DNA from: Octopus vulgaris | Taxonomy: Eukaryota | Direction: 5' to 3' | NCBI GenBank assembly: GCA_951406725.2 | Contig: OX597832.1 | Coordinates: 70,060,001 to 70,124,000, forward strand | Length of the DNA: 64,000 bases | Position numbers and translations under genes: made by a program | Notes under the pieces: model-generated | Seen by the model: the letters and a program-made list of their open reading frames with translations, nothing else | Database searches by the model: none | Told to the model about the DNA's origin: nothing | Shown here: positions 43,427 to 57,424 of the stretch, one piece after another | Numbering within the stretch: position 1 is the stretch's first letter | Layout of the letters: each line of letters begins with the position of its first letter

Positions 43427-43766
43427 TTTAATATTATTGGTGAATTGAAGAAATGGAGCTGAACGAAGATTGAACAGAAATCGTTTTATTTCATTCTACA
43501 CGTGTTTCGAAAGGCACAATTTACCAAAATCCGATTGAATAATGAGACCATACTGTGTCTTTCTCTTCAGGAAGAAATAGTAAATCCGTTTTTGTTTTTT
43601 CCAACGGATTTCCTATTTCTTCCTGAAGAGAAAGACACAGTATGGTCTCATTATTCAATCGGATTTTGGTAAATTGTGCCTTTCGAAACACGTGTAGAAT
43701 GAAATAAAACGATTTCTGTTCAATCTTCGTTCAGCTCCATTTCTTCAATTCACCAATAATATTAAA
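43427..43766. repeat. ~340-bp near-perfect palindrome with a hammerhead in each arm
   Basis: Arms tttaatattattggtgaattgaag... / ...cttcaattcaccaataatattaaa; loop ~43590-43603. Confidence 0.93.
43614..43706 (+). ncRNA. Type I hammerhead ribozyme (mirror on the minus strand at ~43487-43579)
   Basis: tatttcttc-CTGAAGA-gaaagacaca[..]tgtgcctttc-GAAA-cacgtg-TA-gaatgaaata; palindromic stem III ACACGTGT; predicted cleavage after A43696. Confidence 0.85.
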
Positions 43767-43784
43767 CTATATATATATATATAT

Positions 43785-43844
<60 letters not shown>

Positions 43845-43894
43845 ATATACATACATAAATAAATATGTATATATATACATATATTTATATATAC

Positions 43895-43944
<50 letters not shown>

Positions 43945-44105
43945 GCATAAAGATATATATATATATATATATATATACATGTGTGTGTGTGTGTGTGTGT
44001 GTGTAATTGCAGACACACACGTTTGAATAATAAGTTTGGTGTATATATATATATGTGCGTGTGTATATATATATACATATATATATATATGCATATATAT
44101 ATATA

Positions 44106-44170
<65 letters not shown>

Positions 44171-44224
44171 ATATACATACATAAATAAATATGTATATAT
44201 ATATATACATATATTTATATATAC

Positions 44225-44276
<52 letters not shown>

Positions 44277-44282
44277 GCATAA

Positions 44283-44335
<53 letters not shown>

Positions 44336-45968
44336 CATGTGTGTGTGTGTGTGTGTGTGTGTAATTGCAGACACACACACGTTTGAATAATAAGTTTGGT
44401 GGCTGGCTGGCGGACAATATGTCACGGTGCAAGTGAACAGTGGTTGCTTTCAACGTTTCCGCCCTAGCACCAACTTTCACGACATTAACACTTGTTGCCT
44501 AATCCACACAAACCTTTTCCCTAAATAAATAAGTGTCCCGGTTGTCTCTTTCTTAACTTTACAAATTGAAAATCGCTCGATGCTATATCCTGGCCATAAT
44601 ATCAAGAAAGTGAGAAGTCCAACCTTCACTCGTCGGTAATCTTGGAGCTGAAATACTCCAGCATCAATCCTTGTTCGTGCAGATTTTCCCGAATAGGCGG
44701 TTTTGAGCTTTAGCATAGAGCATTAGCGCTAATATACTACTTACTTTAGTGCCAATAAATTTTGCCCCTTCAGATTTTGATTTTTTATGTCAATAGTTAA
44801 GTGTTCCTTTTTTGATGTATGTGTTTGTAGATTAGTTTCCGCATTTAACTTCGATATGCGAATGGTTTCCAAAATGTATCCTTGTGTGGAATTTTATAAG
44901 GCTTTTATCTCTAGTTTCATTTTGTACAACAGTATATGTTGCAAGTGCATCGTAAGCCACCATTCGTGTAGTACAGATATAACCAATGTAACAGTTGGTA
45001 TCCTGGAGTTTGCAACTCCCAATTTTGGATTCAAGTTTGTATGACATTTTTTCTCGGGCACACATTTCTCTGGTGTGTTGTTGATAAGTTTTTTACTCTT
45101 GGTAATTTTGTAGAATATTATTAGTTTGCGCTAATGGTCGGATGCGATATATTTTATGTTGTGTCTTACGATCGTTTATATTATATGTTTATTTACTCGA
45201 TATATTTTATGTATTTGATTCATGTAATAGATTTTATGTGCGGTTTGTGTATTTCTATTAAGTGTATTCTCTGATATATTTCTTCTATTGTATTTGTGCC
45301 TATATTGTTTCATAGCTTGCTACACTAATTTATTAGATTATCCGTTGTTAATGTTTCGTTAATTCTATACTTTATTTGTATGAGTATACAATATTTCATC
45401 TTCATCTTCATTGCAATGAACAAGATGTGTGCGGTTGTGTACGAGTGCATCTCTGTGCGCGTGTTTATCTTTTTTTCTTTGCTTAAATGAAACATTTCTT
45501 CCAGTTCATTTCTGTCTCGTTCTCTTCTTCCCAATGTTTTCCCGGATATCAGCATATTTACTTATCCTAAAATATGTTTATTCCTCCAATATATCAACAC
45601 ACAATTTCTATTAATTTCAAAACAAATTGATTCTTTCATTGTTACGTTGATGTGTTTGATGCTGCTGTTGTGGGTGTTGTCGTTGGTATTGTAACAATTC
45701 CTTGCCTGATAATATCTGATCGAGCAGGTTTAAAATCAAAATTTAATTCCATCCACAACCTTCCTATGGAAATACTGCATCGCTTATCCGTAGCTCTCTC
45801 CATTTACTAATATTTATATTTTTCGGGACGAAATCACATTATTTTGGAGAAAATGTTAGCTTCTATTTATTGTGTGTTGATTAGTTTGTTGTATTTCTGT
45901 TGTTGCGTCTTTAGCCAACCTTTTTATTTTTTCTATTGGATTGGCAATAAAAGATCAGAAATAAAAAC

Positions 45969-46016
<48 letters not shown>

Positions 46017-46699
46017 ACGTGTGTGCATACGTGTGTGTGTACGTGTGTGTGTGTGTGTGTGTGTGTGTTTGTGTAAAATATAAGGATACAATCTATATAA
46101 CATCTATCAAGCAGTCAAAGTTGAAAACCAATTTAGGAAAATATAAATACAAAATATATAATTTTGTTCTTTAAATATAAAACCCATTAATTATATTAAG
46201 GTCTATTACTATAACTAACGCCTTACGTTGTAATGGGACTTTAAAGTCAAACTATTTCAATTAATATGCACAGGCACCGTAAAGCGAGGGAATGAACATA
46301 CATATATGAGAAGATCATGGATGTAAATAACAATGGGAATAACGTGGTTTTCGCTGGTATGCCTTTAATTTAATTAGATAACAAAGAAGAAAGAAGCAGA
46401 GATAAAGGTAGCATTTACAATCGTTTTGGTTTACTGGTTTAAGTAAATCTCTTCAGAATGCGAATATAGATAGATGTATCGGTTATGATGCGGAAATAAT
46501 TGATACACATGTGATGGTAATATAATCAAAGATAGTAAGTCTTACATTAAATTTTGTTCTTGCGCTGGTAAATTCGCTGGGTAGAGGTTTGATTGTGGTA
46601 GACTGGTTAGTTTCGTTCGATAATTAGAGCGGGGAGAGTATTATTTAGGTGCAGGGTTCCTAGTTTTTCATGCAGGACTCTATGCCTTTCATAATCTAC

Positions 46700-46769
46700 A
46701 ATCGTTGGCTGTAAGAGTGAAAGTGACCGTTAGGTGTAATAGCAGTAGTAGGAGTAGAGACCGTTGATC

Positions 46770-46817
<48 letters not shown>

Positions 46818-47657
46818 ACCGTGGTGGTTTGAGTTGTAGCAACAGTTCATTGGCTGTAGTAGTAGCAGCAGTGGAAGTGAACGCTACTGCTACTACTACT
46901 ACTACAGCCAAGAACTGCTGCTACAACTCCAACCACCATCACCACCACCACGGTCACTACTACTACTACGACCAACGGACTCTGCTACTACTGTTATTAC
47001 GGCCAACGGTCACTACCACTACTACTACTACAACTACTACTACTGCTATTACTACAGCCTATGAACTCATCACCATCATTGTTCGACCGTGGTCGAGACA
47101 ATGGAATTTACCATGCTACGTCTATGAACTACTGCTACAAATCCAACCACCACTACCACTACAGTCACCACTACTACTTCTACGACCAACGGTCTCTACT
47201 ATTACTGCTTATTTCTTTACTACCCACAAGGGGCTAAACATAGAGGGGACAAACAAGGACAGACAAACGGATTAAGTCGATTACATCGACCCCCAGTGCG
47301 TATCTGGTACTTAATTTATCGACCCCGAAAGGATGAAAGGCAAAGTCAACCTCGGCGGTGCCTTTCATCCTTTCGGGGTCGATAAATTAAGTACCAGATA
47401 CGCACTGGGGGTCGATGTAATCGACTTAATCCGTTTGTCTGTCCTTGTTTGTCCCCTCTATGTTTAGCCCCTTGTGGGTAGTAAAGAAATAAGCAGTAAT
47501 AGTAGAGACCGTTGGTCGTAGAAGTAGTAGTGGTGACTGTAGTGGTAGTGGTGGTTGGATTTGTAGCAGTAGTTCATAGACGTAGCATGGTAAATTCCAT
47601 TATCTACTACTACTGCTATTACACCTAACGGCCACTTTCACTATTACAGCCAACGAT
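46700..47657. repeat. Nested inverted repeat centred on a family-B SINE
   Basis: Inner arms ~47100-47342 / 47359-47601 are essentially identical; outer arms 46700-46760 / 47603-47657 are diverged. Confidence 0.88.
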
Positions 47658-47908
47658 TCTAGTCAATGCACAAGACACACATTATGTTCCCCCACACAAA
47701 ACGCCACAACGTGGACTCTGTTGAGACTAGTAAGAAATAATTATGAACATTTCTTTTATTACACTGGACTTTTAAAACTATATATTTTTGATAAGGTTCG
47801 TTTTTTCAAGAACCGAAACATGTAAAATCTCTCAGAAAATTAAAATTTACCTTATAAAGTGGTGTTTTCAAACTTCTCTTTTATAAATATATACCTACTC
47901 GTATGCCA

Positions 47909-47949
<41 letters not shown>

Positions 47950-48459
47950 ATTGAGATAGATGATAGATAGATAGATAGATAGATAGATTGATTGATAAAT
48001 CGCATAATAGGAAACTGACGCCACCACTACCAAATGCTCTTACGGCATCAGTAACGAGAGCAATGAGTGCCTACATACTAACATTAATAGGTGCCCCTAT
48101 GAGAATCTACTATACACATTATGTATTTATGTGTTTATGTATGTATGTGTGTAAATATGCATACATTTACACACGAATATACATAAATATTCACATACAC
48201 ACATATGTAGATAAGTACTTACATGCATTTACAAATACACACATACGTAAGTACATGCATACATGCATACATACACACAAATATTAATATATATGCATAT
48301 ATATTTATACATACATGTATATATACATGCATATATATATATATACAAGTGTGTATATGTAGGCATATATTTATATATATGTATGTGTGTATATATATAT
48401 ATACATATATATGTATGTTTATATATATTTATGTGTGTGTGTGTATATATATATAATCA

Positions 48460-49105
48460 CTCAACCCAACAACACACACAACTCCAAAATACTTCCATAC
48501 ATTTCCATCCACAACCCCCAAAATATCGAAGCATATACCACAATCATACAAAACCTCACTCTACTGTCTACAGACCCATAAATGAATAACATTATCAATA
48601 CACACAAAATCCTCAAATGTAAAAGGCAACATAAATCTTTGAAAATCTCTTGACAAATGCCAAACTTCACACACCACATCCACCTCATCAGTTAAAAAAT
48701 GTGCACGCCCAAAATGTGGCACCTGCCCCTTCCTACTTGAAGGCTCTGAATTTATTTTCAAACGAGGAACAAAGTTTAAAATCAAGACCAACTTCTCCTG
48801 TTCCTCCGAGAACCTTATCTACATTCTCACATGCGCCGGTTGCCAACATAATTATGCTGGACAAACGAGCCTCCCTTTACGTAAAAGAGTAGCGGTCCAT
48901 AAAGAACAAATAAATCTCCCAGAATACCGTCAAATTCCACTAAGTAGCCACATAGACTCGTGCGCTAAAGACAAAAATCCCAAATTTTACATATTCCCCT
49001 TCTACCAATGTAAAGTCGGAATCACTACACAAGAAAGAATTAACAAGGAGAATCTTTTTATTGAAAAATTCAAAACGCATCTTAATATGCAAACTCCTCG
49101 ATGAT
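48460..49105 (+). mobile_element. Penelope-like element 3' remnant (Cys-rich linker and GIY-YIG endonuclease)
   Basis: HKILKCKRQHKSLK, KCARPKCGTCPFLLEG, NFSCSSENLIYILTCAGCQHNYAGQT..LRKRVAVHKEQI..IPLSSHIDSCA. Confidence 0.82.
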
Positions 49106-49200
49106 CATACTTCTTTTTTCTACCTCATTTTTCATGGATGGACTAATGCAAATATATAAGGATATCATGCAGTTATCACTTCAAGCTAAAAATTATATTC

Positions 49201-49258
<58 letters not shown>

Positions 49259-51114
49259 CATGACATAACAATCTGAAATGAAATTATAAATTGGTTTATG
49301 TAAATTTATATAATTAGAAAACAATATAAATAAATTGTTAAAATCTGAATGTTAAGTTAGCAAACAATTATATTAAAAAAAGATAATGCAAATGAAGCTA
49401 AAATGATAATTTTGTTATTTAAGGTTTAACATCCTATCTTACAAAAAATTGATAATCCCAATTGAAGGGCACAAAATCCACAGAGTTGTCTCCCCTTACT
49501 CACAGGAACTGGATAGCTCGTACCCCATTTCCTGTTTTGACATTCATTTAACAAACATCCTAAACTAAACACCACATGGATTTAACCACATGGATCTTAA
49601 TCCTCCAAGGTAATTTTTCCATTGAACTCGTGATACACAAAGACTTTACAATGTATCGGTGTACCTATTTCTTAATTTCTGTATATGTTTATTATTTTTT
49701 TGCAAAAAACAATGTAATTTTCTTTTTTCCCCCTCCCCAATTATATTTAATTTTTTTAAATTTTCCATACACCCATTTTCATTAAAATTTACCTTCAATT
49801 TAGCATTCTGCCTTTTTATATTTTTTCCTTGCCTAACATTTCTCCACGTACGGTCAACACAACCCCACCATTTATTGAATTATATATATATATTACATTA
49901 TATATTACATTATATATATATATTACATTATATATATATATATATTACATAAATCTTGTAGTACAGAGGAATTACTTAACCACACTCAGCATACGGATAT
50001 AGTACATTGTTCGACTCTTCCTCTTGCATACGATTGAATTTTGTCAGGTGGAACTCGATATAGGTGTAAAGAGGAATGACATGTTATCAACAGTAAATAA
50101 CTTGAATCATTGAACCCTAGCGAGACATTTCTTAAGAATTTTATTACCTGGCTCTTTGAGCCAGGATTCTAAAATGACAAATTTTTCCGACGTCAATTAT
50201 ATATGAATGAATGCCTATACTTTATTTTCCCCATAAAACTAATGAAAATATTCACTACATTCACAAAAGCTTACAACGAACCAAGATGTGTAAGAAATCA
50301 TGCAAGGAATATTTTTCTTAAAATACTGAAACTATCTTCCAACGAAGAAATATTCAATAATGACTGAGTTTTATAAGATAGCTCTCTTGAAAGTGGATTT
50401 TAAGAACAAGATCCCATTAATCATATCCCTTCAGAGAAACAAGCTTAAAATATAAGGAATGTTCTATATATACACATGTGAGATATCAGTACAACACAAC
50501 CTCTTAACTCAACGTTCCATATCTAAAAATATTGCAAACAAGCGTAAAGCTCTAATACAGCTGGTATAAACGTATCTGATATAATTAACAACATCGCTAA
50601 GTAAGTATCAGTCGATCTAGCGCTACAGTGGGAAGGAAAATCCTTTATATTTACCATAAAGGAAAAAGATAATTTCAGAGATAGTCAGATGTTAGAAAAC
50701 TAACAAAAAGAATTAGCGAAACTAAATCTCTCTCAATTGAATCCACACCTCCTCAACATAGAGTTAGAAACTAAAAGAACGGGGAACATGGTTTATGTGT
50801 GTGTGTGTGTATTCATATAATGCAAATATGCTTATAGATTACATACACATATATATATACATGTATATATATATGCATATATATATATGTATATATATAT
50901 TTGCATATATATATGTATGTATATATATATGTATATATATATATACATACACATATGCATACAGATTATATATACACACATATGTACATACATACAGATA
51001 TACATATGTATATTACATTTCTATATATTATATATGTAAATATATATATATATATTACATATATATATTATATATGTAAATATATATATATATATATATA
51101 TATCATGTATGTAA

Positions 51115-51145
<31 letters not shown>

Positions 51146-51732
51146 TATACGTATACATATATATATATAATTATATGTGTGTATGTATATGTATATGCAT
51201 ATGAATAAGGTGGTGGTGTAGTGTGGGGGAGTGCTATGATAGAAGCCTTTGTAATGATTATTGTTTTTGTCTTTTAACATTTCACAGATAATCTTTTACT
51301 TGCAATACATAAAGAGAACTTTCCAATGCTGCTGTTTCAATGCAAGTAGAACTCTTTCTTTCGCTCGTTTCATCCTTCTTAAGTAGATTCCTAAGATTTA
51401 CACCGGAAACTAAGTTATTTATCTCTTCTAAGCTATCCAGTCCGTAAATTATAGCCTTGATTGAAACATTGAAAAAAGAAACACACACGTGCACACACAT
51501 TCATATAGTCACAGATGTGTCTAAAAACATGTCGATATACACACACAGCGACTTACAAAGATTCGCTTACAGGAGGCAGACACGGATGAATAGCTACACA
51601 CGCGCGCGCGCATATATGCTTGTGAAGAAACATATATAGTTACACACGTATATGTATGTATGCGTATATATATATCAATGTAGATAAGCGTATATTAACA
51701 TTAGTGCGTATATATATCTATATCTATATATA

Positions 51733-52244
51733 TATATTGTTATATTTCGGAATGGTCATTTTGCCAGTTTAGCCAATAAAAACACACGTACTATATATTT
51801 GGTGTTATTTTTCTTCAGTGTTATTTATTTTTTACATTAATCTTAATCTTATTTCGGCCAGAGTTCTTTCGTCACACTCCTGTCACCGCATCAGTGGTCC
51901 TTTGTTTTCTTCTTTCTTATTTGTGTCTCTCCTTACTAACCGTCAGCCATTTTGTAGTTCTATTGTATGTCTTCATTTGCGCATGCTTATATCTCTATGT
52001 GCGTCTATGTTTATTTATTGTGTGTATGTGGGGGGATGCCTGTAATATTTGTATCTTCTGTTTATATACGTTCATGTAATTTGTATTTTGTTTTTGTTGT
52101 TGTTTTTGTTTATTCTTATTTTGTTCATGTGTTTACATCCACTTATTATTATCATTACATATGCTTGTATGTATGTATGTATGTATGTATGTATGTATGT
52201 ATGTATAACAACAACACTAGTAATAATAATAATAAATCGAATCG

Positions 52245-52292
<48 letters not shown>

Positions 52293-55200
52293 CACCAGCA
52301 TGGCCACAGCTCAAGAGCTGAAACTGGAAAACATAAAAACATAAACATATAGTTATTTATTTCTATTTGTTTATTTATCTGTGTATTTATTATGTTTTCG
52401 GGATCCTCTATCGTCATATGTTGTGGTGTGTGCTAGTGCTCCATTTTAGTTTTCTATTCAGGCTAGGTTTATTTTCTATTATTTGTGTAGCTTCTGTAAT
52501 TTGTCTGATTGTTGCATCTGTCCTATGCGTGGACAATATTTTAATTTTTATATTGTTGATTGATCCCCCGTGTTCCTGTTCGGTGTGTTGGTACAGAATC
52601 GATGGGCTTTTACCTTCCTTGAGTTGTCTCCAATGTACATTTACCTGCTCTCCAATGCTTCTTGCCGTTTCCCCTACGTATGTCGTTCTCTTGTTACTGC
52701 ATCGTCCCTCTATACATCTTATACTATAGACTACATTTCTAGCTTTACAGTTTGTTTGTGGGCTAAATCTACATACAGTACATTACTTATCCGTACAGGG
52801 GGTTCTACTAAGAGGATAGGTTCTATCAATTATAGATTTGATAGGGTTGCCTGGCTTTTCAACAATCTTAATTCTTAGCTTAAGTTTGTCTAGGGTTCTT
52901 CTAAAGCGGTACGCCAGTTCACCTCCAGGGGTGGTGTCAACGAACATGACACTCTGGTATTTATGGCTATCATACCAAGAGTTGGCCTTCCCTATTTTCT
53001 TTTTTGTCCTTTCTATAGTGTTCCATGACTTGTTCCTATAGAGTTGGAAAATCCCATTCCTATCATTACATAATATATTATCAAATTTCTTAATGGCTCC
53101 TTTGTATACTCTGATCCTTTATTTATGGCTGTAACTTGAGAACTACATGCGGTGAATGAAATATTGTATGTGTCTCTTTAACTCTGTGGGCTCGCACATG
53201 CGTGACACATTTCTCATTATTCTGACGAGGTCTGCCATCAAAATATTGAATTTGGCATTGTCCGCAATGGCTGAGTTCCGGTGGATCAAGTATTTTGAGG
53301 CCATAGGTTTGGCATAGTGTGAATGAAGGATTTGGCTTTTATTATTCACAATTTCTAGCCAGAGTTCAGTGTCTAGTACTGGTAGTCTATGGTTGGGGTG
53401 TTTAGTGGGGTAGTCTATTTTGGCCTTAATACTCTGGTGGATGGAGTTAGCTATTTGCTGGATGCTCTCCATAGTATTAGTTTCTATTACTATATCAACA
53501 TTACTCTCTTGTGGAAGTGCCTTTACCACTATGTTGATATCATCAACATAGCGAGAGTACATGTTTACGAGTATGGAGTTCTGTGTTAGGCGTTCTTTAA
53601 GCCTTCTGTCCCACCATACCATGAAAAGGTTGGCCATATCACCAGCGATACTAACGCCGATGGCTGCCCCCTCGTCCTGGGCATATATTTTATTATTAAA
53701 CTTAAATGTGTTGCCTTTTAGGGTAACTCTTATACTAGTTCCTAGTGCATGTGTGATCAGTTTCTTTACCTGGTGGACATTTGCGGGGCTCCGTATGGCT
53801 CTGGTTTATCCGTGCCATCTTTCTATATGTGTCTTCCTAGCCATAGAAGTAATTGTGGGCGGTCTACCTCTTAAACATCTACTGGGACAGAAACTACTAA
53901 TATTATGTTTATCTAAGTATTCATTATTACATGTCAGTCTAAGTAGGAGGCCCAGTTCCTCTGTGTTGACATTACGGAACTCCACCTGGCTCTCGTTGAT
54001 CATCTCCACGCACTTCTCCACCGCAAAATCTACGTCGATCGATGGGTATAGGGATCCCACATCCATGCTACCCACCATACATCCTGTCAGGTCACAAGTG
54101 TTGTTACAGTCATTGATCCTGCTGAGGAGCTATCACAAACATCAGATGACATCCAGATTATAGGGCGTATGATCATTGAGAGGAAGTAGGAGATTCTGTA
54201 ATTGCTAGCGATATTCGCTCCACAGACTGGTCTTGTTGGTGGTCCTGCTATAGGGTCAGTAGTTACTTTATGGTCCTTGCGAAGTTCATACAGTGCCGGG
54301 ATATTGTTCCAGGCTTGGAAATTATTTCCTGTACGTTTCTGGGGTCCCAGAACAATTATCCACATCATTATGTGGGCGTTGAGGACCTTTTCTCTCTCCT
54401 CATGCGCCTGTAAAGTTGTTATTTTTGTATTGGCGATATGAGGTTGCATTGCCTGGATGTAGTTCGGTAAGCTGTCTATTGACATCCTGCCGGACTTATC
54501 TGTGGGAAGGCATACCACCTCTCCGTTACTCGTGCGCTGAATGAGCTTATGTAGGCCACATGCAGGTTTAATCCCGAGTTGTTGGGCCTCTGTCTTATTC
54601 TATCTCTGTCTCTTAGTGTATAATCCTAAAATCTGTCTAAGTTTGGTCCTAGCTATAGTGAACTGTGCTTCCATATGGTCATTAGTATGTCTTGGGATGT
54701 AGACTCTTTTGTTGAAGGGTAATGTTGTTGGATAAATCCGGCTCATGCAGTAAGATTTGTCACATACGTTGAAGAATTGATTGTCAAAGGGGTGAGTATA
54801 CATGTCAATGGTCTTTCTAGGGTTATCTTCATTATCGTTACTGTTTCCATCATCAGCCTCCCTATTATTATTACCACCATTACCACTACTACTATTATTA
54901 CTATTACCACCTCAACTATCACTACTACCATCATTACTACTTCTACTGTTACCACCACCACTACTACTACCACTATTATTGTTATTACCGTTATTCCTAC
55001 CATTGCCATTATTGCTATCATTCTGATTATCCCTAGTGATATTTTCATTGTTCCTGTTTCTGGTGTATGTGTTGTTCATATTAGTGTTGGGTTTTATGTC
55101 TGTCTGTTGGTCCCTGTCATTCCCTCTGTTGTGGTTGTTATTTTTGTTCCTATGAGTATTGTTATCTGTTTCAAGTCTACTGACTCCCTGTCCAAGGATT

Positions 55201-55707
55201 CTGTTGCATTCAACTTCTGTTTTCCATCGTGACCCCCATGACACAACTTTTATTCGTGTCTTTGTGACTATGATTATCTGTGTGTGTGTTTGTGTGTCGG
55301 TTCTCCCTATAATTGTTGTTGTTGTTGCTGTTGTATACGATATTTTTCTCTCTGTTTATGTTTTTGTATTTGTATCTATTGTTTGTGTCTATGCATTCAT
55401 TTATTCTATTGTTGTTGTTGTTGCCGCTGTTAGGGTTCGTGTTGCTTTTGTTGCTACGGTTGTTATTGCTGCGGTCATTATTGTTTTTGTTGTTGCTGCT
55501 GCGGTTAGTGTTTTTCGCGTTGTTGTTGTTGTCATTGTATTTATTTAAATTCCAACGTATTTTTGTGAACGACTTTTCAATCTTGGACAGGCATTTGATG
55601 GTATTCACCTTACTATACACTGCATACTTTGGTGGTAGTTGAAGTATCGATATTTCGTCTGGGTCCGTTGTTACTCCCCCATAGATAAATAAACAAATAG
55701 AAATAAA

Positions 55708-55738
<31 letters not shown>

Positions 55739-56223
55739 TCGATTCGATTTATTATTATTATTACTAGTATTGTTGTTATACATACATACAAGCATATGTA
55801 ATGATAATAATAAGTGGATGTAAACACATGAACAAAATAAGAATAAACAAAAACAACAACAAAAACAAAATACAAATTACATGAACGTATATAAACAGAA
55901 GATAAAAATATTACAGGCATCTCCCCACATACACACAATAAATAAACATAGACGCACATAGAGATGTAAGCATGCGCAAATAAAGACATACAATAGAAAT
56001 ACAAAATGGCTGACGGTTAGTAAGGAGAGACACAAATAAGAAAGAAGAAAACAAAGGACCACTGATGCGGTCACAGGAGTGTGACGAAAGATCTCTGGCC
56101 GAAATAAGATTAGGATTAATGTAAAAAATAAATAACACTGAAGCAAAATAACACCAACTATAATAGTGCGTCTGTTTTTATTGGCTAAACTGGCAAAATG
56201 ACCTTTCCCAAATATAACAATAT
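51733..56223 (-). mobile_element. Full-length Penelope-like element (RT + C-terminal GIY-YIG) with inverted pseudo-LTRs; inactivated
   Basis: PTDKSG, LYELRKDHK..PTRPVCG, VGSMDVGSLYPSID, GAAIGVSIAGDMANLFM, YSRYVDD, LPVLDT, HYAKPMAS, PCTDK*CTVC..C linker, NVVYSIRC..TYVGETARS. Terminal repeats 51733-52380 and 55682-56223 are inverted. Confidence 0.92.
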
Positions 56224-56348
56224 CTGTTTCAACACACGACTTCACATAAAACATTTTGCACAACAAATATTTAACGTATATATATATGTATATATATATA
56301 TACATACAAATATATATACACTAATGTTGATATACGCTTATATATGTA

Positions 56349-56396
<48 letters not shown>

Positions 56397-56734
56397 TAGA
56401 TAGATTTGGGTGCACCTATATATGTATCTACATAGGTAAATGTATATGTGAGTGTGTGTTGGTGTAAAATAGAAATGCTTAAATATATATGTATGACATT
56501 TGCACACACGTATGTATACATACGTAGATACGTACATACAAATATATATGTACATAATAATGTGTATATATACTTGCATGCATATATACACGACCCAATT
56601 AGAATATTGTGCTACAAGATTTATGTTTTGGTGTTATATGTAGATATAGAAATGTTGATGAATATGCATATAAAAATGTGTATATGTATACTTGTATTTT
56701 TTTACATGCATATATTTAAGTAGAAACAAAAACA

Positions 56735-56776
<42 letters not shown>

Positions 56777-56833
56777 ACATATATATATATTTATATATAT
56801 ACATATATACATATACATATATATATATATGTA

Positions 56834-56917
<84 letters not shown>

Positions 56918-57087
56918 AATTTAACAAATTAAATGGATGGCTTGTTACCAATTTGAACCTAAAGGCAAAATTCATAGAGATAATGTTTTGCGGCATTTGA
57001 GTTTTTTTAACTCTTCTATTATACAATTAGTGGGGCTAGCTAGTACCCTTTGTCACTTTTGTGACCTCTATTTATATATATATATAA

Positions 57088-57139
<52 letters not shown>

Positions 57140-57140
<1 letters not shown>

Positions 57141-57424
57141 AATTACAACCGTGTTTCGTGGTCTGCTACCACAACAGCTCCTTTATAGGATCCAGTTAGC
57201 TCAATACATCATCAGGAGGAACCACGTCCGGTTTCGGCCCCTACTTCTCTACCGTTTTGACGTGGCGGGGGCCCCCCTTTCGGAGGTGTCTTCAGCACTG
57301 GTGTTGGGTGCATGTCTTCTTTCTTCTTTCTTCTGTTCCCTGGCCTCTTCGATGTATCGTCAGCGAGTGTCAGCCGGTGACTGACAGTCTTGTCAAAATT
57401 TTCCCTTTAAATACCTGCCGCATA
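57140..57424. repeat. Terminal direct repeat, 3' copy (5' copy at 61021-61300)
   Basis: Both run gaattacaaccgtgtttcgtgg...ccctttaaatacctgccgcata; roughly 90% identical by eye. Confidence 0.95.

Noticed and set aside
44440-45570. Possible very old PLE remnant on the minus strand
   Set aside because: Composition is suggestive, but no diagnostic motif could be read.
52770-52800. Recoded or selenocysteine codon in the PLE Cys linker
   Set aside because: The in-frame stop is TAA, not TGA, and the ORF has other lesions.
57140-57424. Hammerhead ribozyme in the Hero-like terminal repeat
   Set aside because: CUGANGA and GAAAC words occur on the minus strand, but I could not build stems I-III; two of the words read CCGA in the other copy.
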